A DNA stretch of 64,000 nt from Azolla caroliniana (GCA_043228905.1 JBHGNT010000099.1:1-64000), one strand, 5' to 3'. Positions 21,850 through 36,218 are shown, counted from the first letter of the stretch. Notes: generated by a model not told the origin, from the letters alone. A program made the numbers and translations.

Positions 21850-24800
21850 AATAACAAACTATTGTTGATGTGGAGCAGCAAGGGGAATGGTTGTACAACC
21901 TCGGGCAATCCTTGAAGACCAAATTAATGGAATGTTGAAATGAGGAGAGCCAACTCATTGGCGAACTCTCACAATTCTTGGAATTCTCGAGATGCTCAAG
22001 AGATGACAACCACTCCATGTGAAGGTGGTTTCTCTATGAAGGTGAAAAGTTTCACAATTAGGGATGAACACCATCTAGACCATGGTGGACGAATCATCTA
22101 ACGTGTGATGCACATTGAATGGTTTCTTTGAGTGAATAGTCAAAGTTCGTAGACTATGATTACGAGTAATTTGCATCACTAGAAAATAAGCTAGAGGGCC
22201 TAAATTTATAATTGATAATGTTTTAGGAAGCTCTATCTTTGATTCCGTAATTTGTGATGGTGTTCTAACAGGATTTTGTCGTCCACATATAATGTTACCA
22301 ATAATAGGCTATTATATGTACGATTATGTCTACTGTATATATTTGGTTCAAATAACAATCTAGAGTAATCTTGTGAGAGGAATTCAAGGAAATTGTTTAA
22401 GTCTAGAGGCATTGATGGAGCCAACAAACATAGTTTGGTTGAGAACTTGAATCAAATCTAAGAGAGTGTGACATGTAGATTTCTTCTAATAGAAATGTTG
22501 TTTGTACATCCAAATAATGTACCTCAAGTCGAAGAATGGTGTCTAGAACCATAAAAAATTCAGAATGATGCTATACTGAGAATGGGTGAAAATGTCTCAT
22601 AATAGTCAAGTCCTCCGACTTGAGAAACACCACAAGCCATTAGCCGAGCATTATACCATACTATTGTACCATTAGGGTTACATAGTTTTCTCTTCAACAC
22701 CCATTTGCATGAGATAGGGAAGCAACTTATAAGGAGTAGTACTATAATCCATTTTTGTTGACAAAGGGAGAGTTTCAAGTTCTTTTTCCTTAATGGCTTT
22801 CCTTTCCACATTGTATTGCCACATTGATAGTTAATGAATCATCAAGAATGTTTTATGTGAGTGAGGGGGAGCTAATTGCAAAGAAAGTGAACTATAAGAG
22901 CCTCTAATTCCTTAGTGCTAAAATGTGAAAATTATTGGTATGTTCCATGCATTGTCCATTAGTGGGGAAAAGATGCATTTGTACACCCTAGTAATTTGAT
23001 TATTTTGGTATCCTTTGTTACTGATGTCATTATCTATTCCATAAACTCGTGAGGATCTTCTTAATGATATAAAGGAGCTTTTGCGAGAATGGAAACATGA
23101 ATAATCATGGTGAGTTAGGTGTATTGTGCCCAACGGTTTGTCATTATGAATGTTTTTTATTCCAACAAAATGGTGTATATTATGTCTAAAGTGATTTAAA
23201 TGATACAACGATGGATACTTCCAAATATTCTTAACAACTTCATCACAGATTTTTACTTTTTTCAACTGCGCTTAGGTTTCCAAAGACATTCATTAGTGCA
23301 CCACATTTTGCATACATATCTACCAAAGCATTGGTAAGTACAATACAACATGTTTTTATAGCAATCCAGGCTTGTCAATGATCTCCTCATGAACTTCCTT
23401 TCACTTGTCATTATGAATGTTTAGATGATGATTAGATATCTTTCTAGTTTGGCTAAGATTAAAATTATTTGTAAGTGGAGCATATGGCTCTCCTGGTTAT
23501 GATTGTTTGTTTATTAGAGATGAGTCATTAGTTAAAGGGGAAATATGTCGCTTGGGCAACTTCACTTCTTCTAGTGATGTGAATATTGACATGAGATGAT
23601 TAATGAGCGTTTTGTCAATTATGACTTGGATTTTTTAGAAAGTTAGGGGAGACTATTAAAAAGTACTAGTTGATGATATTGTTTCATTTTATTCAATATT
23701 GTTGGATTTGATGTTTGAGGGGTTTGGTATGGTAGTTGTAGCTTGGGCCTTTTCATGTATGAGATATTAGGCTATCTTCATTGCACATCGATGATTGACT
23801 AATTAGAAATCGTTTCACATTTGGGTCAATGTAAAACTGATAACCCTTGTAGCCATGAGGTTTTCCATACCCAACAAATATGGTGCAATTCAAGTGATTA
23901 TCTAATTTAGATAGTGTATCTAAGGGTATGAGTGCATAGCTAGACTACGGTAACCAAACACTTTTTTATTTTCATAATATGGACTTTGTCTAAACCATAA
24001 ATGAAATGGAATTGTCCGAATGGATATGCTATATGTCCTATTCAAAATATTCCCAATATGTTTTGGGAAGATTTGCAATGGATAACAAACAACAGGTAGC
24101 ATCCATATACGTAAATCAGTTTCATCATTCAACCCTTGAGTTTTGTTGAGGGGTTTAAGGGATTACAAATCTTTATTGAATCCTTATGCAACAAGCAATT
24201 GATACAACCTCTTTCCAATATGTTCAGGAAAACTTTGCAATTGATAGCATACAACAAGTGGCATCCATATACATCAATTGGTTTCATTGATCATCCCTTG
24301 AGTTTTGTGGAGGGGTATAAGGATTGCAAATCTTTGTTGAGTCCCATAACTTTAACAAGTCTTAGAGTTTTGGAAATTAAATTCTTCCCCATTATTTGAT
24401 TGAAGTGTTTCAAGGGACAATTCTTGTTGGGTTATTACAAGTTTATGATAGGCCTTGAGTTTTTCAGGATCACTTGATGACAAGATTCTATATTTAGGAA
24501 AGTGGACATTGTGAAAGAGTAAATTCATCGATAAATGCTAAGAAATATACATTTCTAGATAAGGACGAAGTTAATAAGGGGCCACATACATTGTTTGGCC
24601 ATGTGAACCATTGTTTGATGGTCCAAGAGACCTAATTGATGGTGCCATAATAGGGTGTCATAGTTGGATATGTCTAATAGTCTATGTCGTATGCTTCTTG
24701 AGCAAGTGCCACAAAGCAACCTAATAAGTAAAGACATCCTTGGCTTGGACAGTTAACCACATAACTTCAACTAGAGAGTGTCTTATAGCGGATCGCGCAA

Positions 24801-24850
24801 GTATAAAAAAACATAGGGCCACCCTTATTTTAAGCTCTTGGAACTATGTC
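21850..24850 (-). mobile_element. Highly degraded Copia pol relic, partly inside the right arm
   Basis: LWHHQLG, INEFT/LQSNNGEEF-like remnants, WYNARLMACGVSQVGGLDYYETFSP, TLYVDDK on the minus strand. Boundaries approximate. Confidence 0.75.
23296..23410 (-). pseudogene. PLS-class PPR motif fragment (mirror of 11980-12098)
   Basis: Minus strand KEVHEEIIDKPGLL*KHVVL...TNALVDMYAKCGAL. Confidence 0.75.
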
Positions 24851-24872
24851 CACAACTTTCTTGTTCATGCAT

Positions 24873-25143
24873 ATAGTTATAGTACCACACAATTATGTTT
24901 TTACAATATAATGATTATGCATTGCAATTCAAATTATTCCACTCATTAAATGGGTTAAGCAAGTCGTACATTTATGAATATCTTATAGTACCACACAACT
25001 ATAGTTATGCATGAAATGGGTTCACACATACAGTTATAGTACCACACAACTATGTTTTTACAATATAATGATTATGCATTGCAATTCAAATTATTCCACT
25101 CATGAAATGGGTTAAGCAAGTCGTACATTTATGAATATCTTAT
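24873..25143. repeat. Tandem duplication of an about 110-bp block, period about 159 bp
   Basis: AGTTATAGTACCACACAA...GTCGTACATTTATGAATATCTTAT at about 24874 and 25033. Confidence 0.85.
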
Positions 25144-26018
25144 GGGATTGATGTCATGTGGGCCGTGATAAGAATATAATAACACTTCGAGTCGAGTCTA
25201 TAATTACTACGGCATAAGCTATGCCGAACATCATGTCATATAACATTATCATGACTCAATGTTGCAGTTACTAGTGGGATGAATGTGAAGGATCATGATA
25301 AATGACGCTCAACTTACATGGGCAGATCTTTATAACTAACCACTCTCATTCATTACACATGCACTACCCACACTCTAAGTTCGATCGTTCGTAGCTAGAG
25401 AATGGCGAGCCAAAACTAATTATTAATGTGTGATAAGTTTGGGGGCAAGAAACTACTCGTGAAATAACAACTTCTTGGTTGGAAGAAGCAAAATTAACAC
25501 GAAGGGAAGGGAAGCGTGCAAGGGTCGACCCGACTAGCGCGCGGCACACGGACGAATTTATATATTTTGTTGAATCTATTTTTCGCCCTTAGCATTGTCT
25601 TTATGCGGACATGAGAGGCCCTTTGCAAATCACTAAGTATCGTCCAAGATAAAAGCAGCCCATGCGGTACGCAGTTGACTTAACACATAAGTACAACCCA
25701 TGCAGTACCAGTGTTGTACTACTACCTAGTGGGTAGCTGTTCTCTAGAGTCAACCCAACCGTATCATGCAAGTATATGTATATATATAACACACTCCACT
25801 TTTGTCCTTAACAGGATCTGTGTGGTTTAAGGCTTGTCTGCTCGAGCATCATTACCCTCCTCATTCTTCTCCCTAATGATCAACAACATTGTCGTACATA
25901 GAATCAACTGAGTTTCGCGCATCTTTCGGCAGTTAACTTCTCGATTAATTCGCGATGAGTATGTTGGAGAAGTAGCAGTTGTTGTTGTTGTTGTTGTTGT
26001 TGTTTGTGCTTCCTATGG

Positions 26019-29000
26019 ATGGATTTTGGCCTCCTTGCCGTGTGGCTGCAGAGTTTTATATCCTGTGGCATTAACGCAAGGATTGATGCAGGTAAGGAGG
26101 CTGCGGCGGTCGTCCATGGCCGAGATGAGGATGATGAGAGATTGATGGGGGCAATTCGGCGGGCGAAGGTGGCAAAAGCGGTCACGGAAGCGGTAATCAT
26201 GGCCGCGTGCGTGTTTTGGGTATTATGGTGGTTTGTCGCGCCCGATCCAGAAGGAGACAAGAAATACGTGGAGTCGTGGATCGGCGACAAATCCCACTCT
26301 CGCTTCTTTCGGACAGATGGTCGTGAAGGTAACTAAGCCCCTCATTATCAATCTCTGCCAGACAAATCTCTACAGTACACCTCCTACAAGTAATATAATA
26401 TAATTAGTGATCGCATAATGCATATGTGTATGCATATATATGGTTTGTCAACTGATCAGCTCCCTCCTACTTAAAACTGATATATTTATGGCATCCATCC
26501 ATTAGGTTCGACATTCATATACCAAACCATGCCTTTCTTCGTCGTCACCATTCTGAGCTTCGTCGTGATCCGGCTCCGCGCATTCATCAAAGCAAAGACT
26601 GCACAGCTCCGTGTTGTGGTGCCCGCGGGTGCAAAGGGCTGGAAAAACCAATGGCAGATGAGTACGTACCCGGTGTGGGTGGACAAGAGCCCCTTCGGCA
26701 TCCTCACGGCCTCGGAGCTTGTCGGAATTCTGGCCATAACTTTGTTGATGATCTACCACTTCAGCAGAATCGTCAACATTGCTTTCACCCGCATCGACAA
26801 CAACACCCAGCACCACCACGGCTCCGGCCCGCCCCCCGCCAAGTACGTCCTACTACAATCATGACATAACCATATCTCTCTCTCTCTCTCTCTCAAACAG
26901 ACAGACAGACAGACACACACACACACATTCATGCTTTGAACACCATCTCCAAGCTCACATTGTTTGTTAAATTCCCAGTCACATATACGAGGAGGCCTTC
27001 GTGAGCTCGAACAGATGTGACAAGAGTGTACATAATAAGCACTCATGTTTTCCATTGATATTGCAGGCCATGGCAGAAATTGAATAATGTATCCTTCTAC
27101 TTCGGACGCGTGGCCGTCGTGCCATTCTCGTTGCTCTGGATCCCTGTGTCGCGCGGCTCGCCGTTGCTTCGGCTGGTAGGCATCCCATTCGAGCGCGCCG
27201 TGCGCTACCACATCTGGCTCGCCGTCTCCATGCTTGTTCTCGTCAGCCTCCATAGCCTCGGCTACATCATTCTCTATGCCAACACCAACCGTACGGATTT
27301 GGTAGGTTCAAATCATGCAGTATTCCGCGCTCACTGTCTCGCCCAATATTACCGTAATGTTACAAGGCTTAACGCCGATGATGTCGCAAGGGCCAACCTA
27401 TGCTAGGGCTCATGTGGTTTCTCCATCATGATGCATTCATTGTACTTGAGTGTGTTTGATCATATCATGATAGGGACATAATTAGTTTTTTGCTTCTTGT
27501 TGTTAGATCTTTGGGTGGGTCACGAAGCAAGAAAAATGTGCGGTAGTGGCCGGGCTGGTGGCATGGGTGTTCGGTCTAGTCATGTGGGCCACTTCCCTGT
27601 CCTTCGTCCGTCGCCGCTTCTACGACATATTCTTCTCGGTCCACCACCTGTATCTCCTCTTCTCCCTCTTTTGGCTGTATCACGCGGTCTGGAATTATCA
27701 TTTCTTCATCGTCCCTCTCATGCTCTTCTTCATCGATCGCTTCCTTCGCATGATCCAATCGTCCAGTGTTGTCCGCGTATCCTCGGCCAAGCTCCTCCAG
27801 AATGGCGCAGTCGAGCTCTTGCTGCCTCTTAACACCAATGCCACCAAAGGTAACATAAATGGATTCTCTTTCATGTATGTGTGCTTGTTCGGATCCACAT
27901 ATTAATTAATATTCCAGAATCTCTCTGACTAAATTCAGTCAGTGAGCTCTTCTAACCTTTACTAATAACAGGCAATAATGTGATCATTACTTATGTCAGG
28001 GAGCCCACTCTATAATGCACTCTCCACATGGTGCATCCAGATTCCTGGTATCTCCAAACTACAGTGGCACTTCTTCAGTGGCGCATCGTCCCCTCTCGAT
28101 AACACGCAGGAGCTCTCCATCGTAATCAAGCCTCTCGGCGAATGGACGAATAGTTTGCGCGATCAATTCTCAAGTGCCAAGAAAACTGGGGGTTCCTGCC
28201 CTTTCTCGTTTAAGGCTAGAGTCGAAGGTCCTTACGGCGATGAGTCCGATTTCTACCTAAAGTATGGGGATCTCTCTAATTATTTGTCGTAATTCCTGGT
28301 CTCGATTCAGTTCCCAAAGCTCATGTCTGTCGTTCCTCATTGATATAATTAGCCTTCACATTAACGAGTTGCTTCCATTAATTAATGTAATGTACATGAT
28401 TAATATTTCGCAGGTATAAAGCCCTAGTCATCGTGGCCGGGGGCATAGGCCTCACCCCTGCCCTCGCTATAATCCGTGATATCTTGTATCGATACAAAGA
28501 CGTTAGATCCTCACCGGCATCGACTACTCTTCCGACCTCCATCACACTCTACCACTGCATAAGAAAGCCAGAGGAGTTATGTGTGCTAAACACCCTATAT
28601 CCTAACCAAATTCTCCCTGGCTATGAGACATTAGGACTGCGCATCCGAGTACATGTATACATAACCTCGAAGAACATACAAGATTATGAGGGAGTGCCAT
28701 TATCCGGTGGCAACACGGCCCATAATTCATATAGAATAGGCCAATCCTTGGACCTATCCAAGTTTAACCGTGAACACCCTACATCACAACCATTGATATT
28801 TGATTCCTCTTATCCGGCGGCACAACACCCACAATCCGATGGAAGAATCTCGAGCATTGGCAGCACAGGGAGCACCTCATGGGTAGCATTAACCACCATT
28901 GCATCCTTTGCAGGATACTTTGTGCTTTCAGGCTTGGCAAACACTTTTATTGTGAGGTCCTATGCCCATCACACCTTCACCAATTACAATCGCGCGCATG

Positions 29001-30010
29001 TCGTGGTGGCGTGCATGATCTTGGGGATTCTCATTTGTGGCGGCCTCGTGGTTCTGCTATGGTTCCATATGTTGCGACGACAATCGAGTATAAGCTCGGC
29101 ATCGGTGCAGCCGAGGACACAGAGTCCGACTTCTTCTCCATCCGGAAGTAACGAAGATTTGGGAGCAACTTACAACGGAATCGAAGATGGCGCATCTCAG
29201 TGGGATGGGGATGTGCACATTTTGTCACGGCCAAACTGGAAAGGTAGGTTGGCATCATAGGGTCCACATCTAACCCTAAACCCTAAACCCTAAACTTTTT
29301 ATTAGGGCAAAAAAGTTTTAAAGGTTAAAAACGTTAAAGAAAAAACATAAGCATTCGTTACGCCAAGAAAGTTAAGTATGTTTTCATAACATAAGCATTT
29401 GTGAATATATGTGGTATCTTCTTTAACCTGGTAAGAGTAGTACTACTACATATACAAGTTTGTGAATATATGAGTACAGGTAGATTACCCCAATTCTGAA
29501 ATTTTAATCCCTTCTATTCAAGCTGCAGTCACTATATACGAATATATAGTACTATTTGTGCAGAATTTTCTAGCTCAATGATCTCATCCTCTGGCTGAAT
29601 AAAGCACTAGTTAATTCAAATATCATGCAATAGCTATTTGAAACCATCTACTCAGGAATGTGCTATGTATGCTATACTTTAGTGGACTTGGGATTATATA
29701 TGGCACTGAATTGATGCATGAATGAATTGCCCCTGAGAATGAAGCATGTCAAGCAATGAATGTGTAGTTCTTCTAAATTTGATGGTCCAAAATATTGGCA
29801 GATGTCTTCGAGGGCTTGGTGGAGCAACACCGTGGGGAATGTGTGGGAGTTCTGGTGTCGGGATCGGAGAGCATGCAAGAGGACATTGCCAGGGAATGCA
29901 AGAGATGCTCGCCTTTCCGCCCCTTCTATGCTGCCCCGGACACATCCAAATCTTCGGAAGGCAGCAGGGGGGCCCTCCTGCACTTCCACTCTGTGAGCTT
30001 CAGCCTGTAG
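26019..30010 (+). CDS. FRO: Ferric reduction oxidase (FRO family), copy 2. Exons 26019-26328, 26506-26842, 27067-27301, 27507-27849, 28000-28261, 28414-29243, 29802-30010 (alternative start 26145)
   Basis: Same motifs and splice sites as copy 1. Three amino-acid differences seen (V/M, G/A, T/S). Confidence 0.92.
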
Positions 30011-30126
30011 TCAGATTTAGTCCTCTCCACCATCACCATTATTATGAATATTGTCTGTGTTTCTTGCACTATATACTGTTGAGCCGCCATTTCGTTGGCT
30101 GTTATGAATGAAGAATAATGATGGAT

Positions 30127-30168
<42 letters not shown>

Positions 30169-33100
30169 ATAATACATAATACATGTATGTATGTATGTAT
30201 ATGGTCAGGATCAATAAGTTGCACTGTCCATATTGCATTAATAATAGCCTTGATTTACCCCTTCCCACAGATCATTAAAAGTATCGGAACAATGGTTTTC
30301 CCACTGTATTTTATACATACCATCATTACTAATTAAGAAAACTCTCGCGTTGTGTACATTTTAAGCCTGTGTCGTGAGCTATTAAGTTGTGTCAGTTTTC
30401 TTTTTTCTTTTTTCTTTTTGTGTTGGAACCATGTAAAGCCTACAGAAATGGGCTGCAGTGCTATGTAGCAAAATTATAAAAGAAACAAGATTTGCGAAAT
30501 AAGAGTGTTATGAAAGGTTGTCCCTGCTTGTGGGTGAGTCAGCCGAAAAGTCGACTCGAGAGTCGGCCGGTCGAAATCGGTTGAGAAGTCGAAATGAGTT
30601 GGCTGACCAAAATTGTCCGAAAAGCCGAAACGAGAGTTGGTTGGCCAAATTCGGTAAGAAAGCCGAAATGAAATGGGATTCGGTCAAATAGAAGTTCGAA
30701 CGAACATATACACATATATATATGTATTCATATATATGTATGTGAGATGAGTTAGTATATATAGTGAGTCGAACTAGTTGCATTTGTATGTTGGATAACT
30801 CATTGAGAATAAAAACAGTGAGTAAAATCGTGAAAGTGAAGTTATGTGTCTAAGTGAACGCGGGAAGGTATAATAGAAGGTGTTGCAAGAGTAGAGCGAT
30901 ATAGAGAACGACAGAGAGCTAACATAGTAGTGGTTATGCGAGTGCCATAGCTCAGAAGCCGAGCGTGAGAAGAAACAAAGGAAGAAGAGTGTAGTAGAAA
31001 GAAAAGAAAAGACAAATCTAGAAGTTGTGTAGGCTTCGAAAGAGATAGATACCTACGAGTTAGGGTTTGGTGCTGTTGAGAATCAAGCTCAACATAGCGC
31101 CACGTGTGAACACACCTTTTGAGAATCGATGATTACTCAGAAGTCAATAGTCACACCACTACTCTCTACACATTAACTATGTGTAATAGAATCATATTCT
31201 ATGACACCTAACTAATGAGTTACATATTCCCCATGACTATGAGTCTTCACATTCCCCAAGAGAGAGTGGTTGTTGTAAAGTTAATGAAGAGAGAGGGTGA
31301 CACTATATAAAGCACCCTTCTCATACTTCATATTAGGTCGGTTGTGACTCCTTATTATGCTACATTTTGTAATTCTTATTCTACTTGTGAAATATACACC
31401 TTCTTCTTGAGTATTTTATTTCTCTTGTCTATCTATGTAGTGTTCTCTCATCTCTCCTCTAATTCCTCTGACACATACACATAACACACATCTCTTCCGC
31501 TACACAAGAATTATACCCGATTCTTTACATGGTATCAGAGCGATTTGGTAACTCGATCTAGCCCACTCGCCTCATCGTGATCGTGTGTTATGCTCTACGC
31601 CGACGTTCAAGAAGAACCGGCTCATCGCTATCGTAGTGCGACTACATAGCTCGTGTTCGAGAGAGAAGGAAAAGGAAAGAAGGAAGAAATCTACATCGAC
31701 AATGAATACTCAAATGGGGAGCGCTCTCCCTAGCGAGAAGTTGGATCGCAACAACTTTGCATCGCAACAACTTTGCATCTTGGGAGTACAAGATGCACTA
31801 ATACGTTGTCGGCCAAGGCTATTGGAGCTACATCAAAGGAGCACAAGAAAATCGACCCAACCCGGAAAACGTTGACTATGCAACGTGGGAGCAAGCGGCA
31901 AGTCTAGTGATGTATTGCTTGGCGACATGTGTTCACGACCACATGCTTGGGTACATTGGAGAAGCCAAGACGCCGAAGGAAGCGTGGGAGAATCTCCGAA
32001 AGATTTTCACCGCCAACATTACCGCGAGAAAGCTTCAACTCCGCCAAGAGTTGAATAATATCCAACAAAGGGATATGTCCGTCACGAGCTACACCTTGAA
32101 GATCAAAGAGCTTTGTGATTCACTCAGCTCCATAAGCGTAAACGTGGAGGATGAAGTGATGGTGCAAATATGTCTCTGCGGCCTTGCACCACGATTTGGC
32201 GCAATGCAGACCGCCGTACTAGCATGGGAGAATCCGCCCTCCTTCTTCGACCTTCAATCCATGTTGTTGGTAGAAGAGAATCATGTTCAAACAAGGAACA
32301 ATGCCTCGGAAGGCCAAGTGCTCTACACGCATTCGGATGGAGGAAGAGGACGCGGCTATGCAAGAAGAGGCCGATTCAGCCAAGGACGTGGCGGACGAGG
32401 CGGATAAGGCCCGATTTACGAAAACAACTCGCAATTTCGGCATCAAGATGGAAGCCATCGAGGAACCTTCGGAAGAAGGGGGAGCTTCCATTCCGGTCCG
32501 AACCGACAAAGCTTGGTCGAATGCGGATATTGCGGAAAAATTGGCCACCACGAAGAAGAATGCCGTAAGAAGATACGCAAGTCGGCTTCCACTAGCCGAC
32601 AACTCACCAACTACGCCATCAACTCCGATTATGACGATCGCGGCGGAATGTTAGGGATGAGACATAGAGCGAATTCTATGTCGGCCTCTACCTCTACTAA
32701 TGCCTTTGATCCGGAAGACGTATGGTTCGTCGATTCCGATGCATCGAACCATATGACGTCGCATAAAAAATGGTTCCGAGAGCTTCGAGAGCCGGACCAA
32801 CCCGGCTATGTCGAAACCGGAGACAATACTACGCACCCGATTCGGCACATTGGCAATGTTCTGTTCGGAGAAGAAGGTAAGCAAACTTATATTAAAAATG
32901 CCTTGCATGTACCAAGTATCACGAAGAATTTGGTCTCCGTTGGGCAAATTGTAGAGCAAGGAATGCAAGTACGATTTAATCAAGGCGGTTGCTTCATCGA
33001 AAAAGAGGGCCGACTCATCGCACGCGGACGAAGAGAGGGCCGAATGTTCATTCTCGACTCACACGAGATGAAATCGGCCATGTTCGCAAAGGGCGTGAAA

Positions 33101-35003
33101 GCCGATTCCGACATAGAGTTATGGCACAAGAGGATTGGCCATATCAACCTCCAAAAGCTCAAGGCAATGCAATAGAAAGGAGTCGTCATTGGGCTCCCAA
33201 CATTCACGGAGAAAGAGATTGAAGGCGTGTGTGTGTGCCACTTGCCAATTCGGCAAGCAACATCGACACCCATTTCCGAAGGAGCGGAACGTGAGCAAAG
33301 GCGTACTCGACGTAATTCATTCTAATGTATGGGGTCCGGCTCAGACGGGGACATTCGGCGGAAGCCGATACTACGTGACCTTCATCGACGACTTCTCTAG
33401 ACACACCTTGATCTACCCGATGCGGCAAAAGAGCGAAGTGTTCGGACACTTCCAAAAATTCAAGAATGAAGTCAAGAAAGCCACGGCCCGACATGTACGA
33501 TGTCTTCGGTCAGATGGAGGCAAGGAGTACTTCTCCGACGAATTTTCGGCGTTTCTACGGAAAGAAGGAATACGACGAGAGTTTTCGTGTCGACATATGC
33601 CAAAACATAACGGAGTGGCCGAACGCAAGAATCGGCACATCCTCGAAGTGGCACGGGCTATGCTTAACGAAAAGCACATGCCAAAATCGTATTGGGTGGA
33701 AGCAGCTAACACAACTGTCTATCTCATGAATCGGTGTACGACATCGAGTGTGCTCGAACTAACTCCGCATGAGAAGTTCTTCGGAAAGAAGCCGAACATA
33801 TCGCATGTTTGGATATTTGGATCCATTGCATACGTGCACATCCCTGACGAGAAGCATCAAAAGCTTGACCCGAAGTCAGAAAAATGTATCCTTGTAGGAT
33901 ACTCACTTGAGCAAAAGGGGTACAAGTGCTACAACCCCTCAACTCGAAAATCTCGCATAAGTCAAGACGTCGTTTTCGACGAGTCTGTATCCTGGTATGC
34001 ACCAGAGACAACTTTGACTTCGATTTCGCGCGACCCGGATTCCGCCGAAATAGAGATAGAAGCCGAAGATCGACTCACACACATGTTCGAAGAAAGCCCA
34101 ATTACGACAAGGCTTAGTGGGCCACAAGAGACTCCAAGCGGTCAAAGCACATCTCGGCCGAGTCCAAAGATGGACAAAGGGAATGCGAAAATGCCGGAGT
34201 ATGAAGACGATCACTTCGACGACAACGAATCAACTCACTCCCTCGATAGTGAGTTCGAAGGCCTTGAGATCTGGACAAATGGAGCGGAGAACGCCGTAGT
34301 ATCCGCAAACGAGAAGCTCCGCCGATCCACCTATGAAAAGAACCCTGTAAACTGCTTCGGCTACAATGAGTACATGGCGTACCATTACGCCTTTATGATG
34401 AAGGTTGCAACAGTACGGGAGCCGGAAACCTTTTCCGAAGCCAGGAAGGACCCCCGATGGATCGAAGCAATGAACGAGGAGATGCGTGCACTACGCAAGA
34501 ATGACATATGGGATATCGTTCCCCACTCACCGCACAAGAAGGCAATAGTCTACAGATGGATCTACAAGGTGAAGTATAATGCTGATGGCTCTGTCAATCG
34601 CTACAAAGCTCGACTCGTAGCAAAAGGATACGCGCAAACACATGGCGTCAACTACGAAGAGACCTTTGACCCGATGGCAAAGATGACGACGGTGCGGACC
34701 GTGATCGCACTTGCACCTGCAAAAGGGTGGCACCTCCACCAAATGGACGTCAAGAACGCCTTTCTTCAAGGCGAATTAGACGAGGAGGTGTACATGGTAC
34801 AACCACCTGGCTTCGAATTGTGCTTTCATCCAAAAGCCGTATGCCAACTCAAGAAGCCTCTCTACAGCCTCAAGCAAGCACCGCGTGCTTGGCATTCGAA
34901 GATTACGCAATATCTTCATCAAATCGGCTTTCCAATGTCGAAATCCGACAACTTCCTCTACGTACAACACGACTCTAGAAGCTTAATTGTCATCATCCTA
35001 TAT

Positions 35004-35741
35004 TGCTAGGAACTACATGCTCCCGATGAACAACGCTCGGCCACAACCGAGCTTAGAATCAAAACACAGAAAAAAACGGGGAAAGAATGCACGACACAAT
35101 GGAGAGAAGAGAACACAGGATGTTAACGTGGAAAAACCCAAACTAGGGAAAAAACCACGGCAGCCCACAGATTGCAAACTATCATTATGTCAGAATGTAC
35201 AAATGGTAAAGCACCGAAGCAACGACCTCGAGCTTTCTATCTTCGCCACAAGCGGCGGTTACAACAGAGGCAACGACCTCTTCCTCTCTCTCACTCTCTC
35301 TGTACACAGTTGCGCGCTCTAATCTTGCGCCAACAAGAATGACAACACTATATTCTCTGTTTGCCCTAAGTCATATTTATACTAATATGACTTTTTGGCT
35401 ATTTACAAATATAGCCCCGATGGACTCTCAAAAACATATTTACGAATATGTCCCTTCATCCGGTGAGCACTCCTCACTGGGCCTGCATCATCCGGCTCTT
35501 GCCGGGTACTCGTCATCCGGTTCTCACCGGGTTTTCCGTAGTCGGGTACTCTTCATCCGGTTCTCACCGGGTCTTCCGTAGTCGGGTACTCTTCATCCGG
35601 TTCTCATCGGGTCTTCACCATCCGGCTCTTGCTGGGTACTTCTCATCCGGTTCTCACCGAGTCCTCCATAGCCGGGTACTTGTCATCCGGTTTCAGTACT
35701 GTTCTTCTCACTTCCCATCTGGAGGGAGCTGTTTCCTAACA
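35004..35741 (-). mobile_element. Solo LTR (738 bp), related to the LTRs of 58195-63518, TSD TATAT
   Basis: TG...CA ends with TATAT on both sides. Removal restores ILYVDDL of the host RT. Internal CCGG-rich short tandem repeats resemble those at 58237-58330. Confidence 0.92.
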
Positions 35742-36218
35742 TATATGTGGATGATCTGGTCATTGGAGGTGAAAGTCTAGTCGACATCAACAAGGTCAAG
35801 TCCCTCCTCTTCGGAAAATTCGAGATGATGGACATGAAGGAGCTCCATTACTTCCTTGGCATCGAAGTAATTCGGATTCCGGCTGGCATTATGATCTCTC
35901 AACGGCACTACATTCTCAACTTGTTATACAAGTTCCAGATGACTGAGTGCAAATCGGTCGCTACGCCTCTCGATCGAAACCTCAAACTAGATGTTGACTC
36001 TGGCATAGATGATTGCGAGCCGACCCAATATCGTCAACTGATCGGGAGCCTCATCTATCTCACGATCACTCAACTCGACCTTAGCTATCCAGTCGGGCTC
36101 CTCAGCCAATTCATGCAAAAACCACGTGACATTCACTTGGATTGCGCTAAGAGAGTATTACGATACGATACGTGAGCGACACAATGGATTACGACGTTCT
36201 CTACGCATCGGCCACACC

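Larger units (their letters stand above)
22635..30504 (+). repeat. Right arm of large inverted duplication (partner 6544-12722)
   Basis: See left arm. The outer end abuts the LTR start TGTTATGA at 30506. Confidence 0.93.

Noticed and set aside
19100-21850. Short ORFs in the palindrome spacer
   Set aside because: AT-rich sequence with microsatellites and no recognisable motifs or splice-consistent coding signal.
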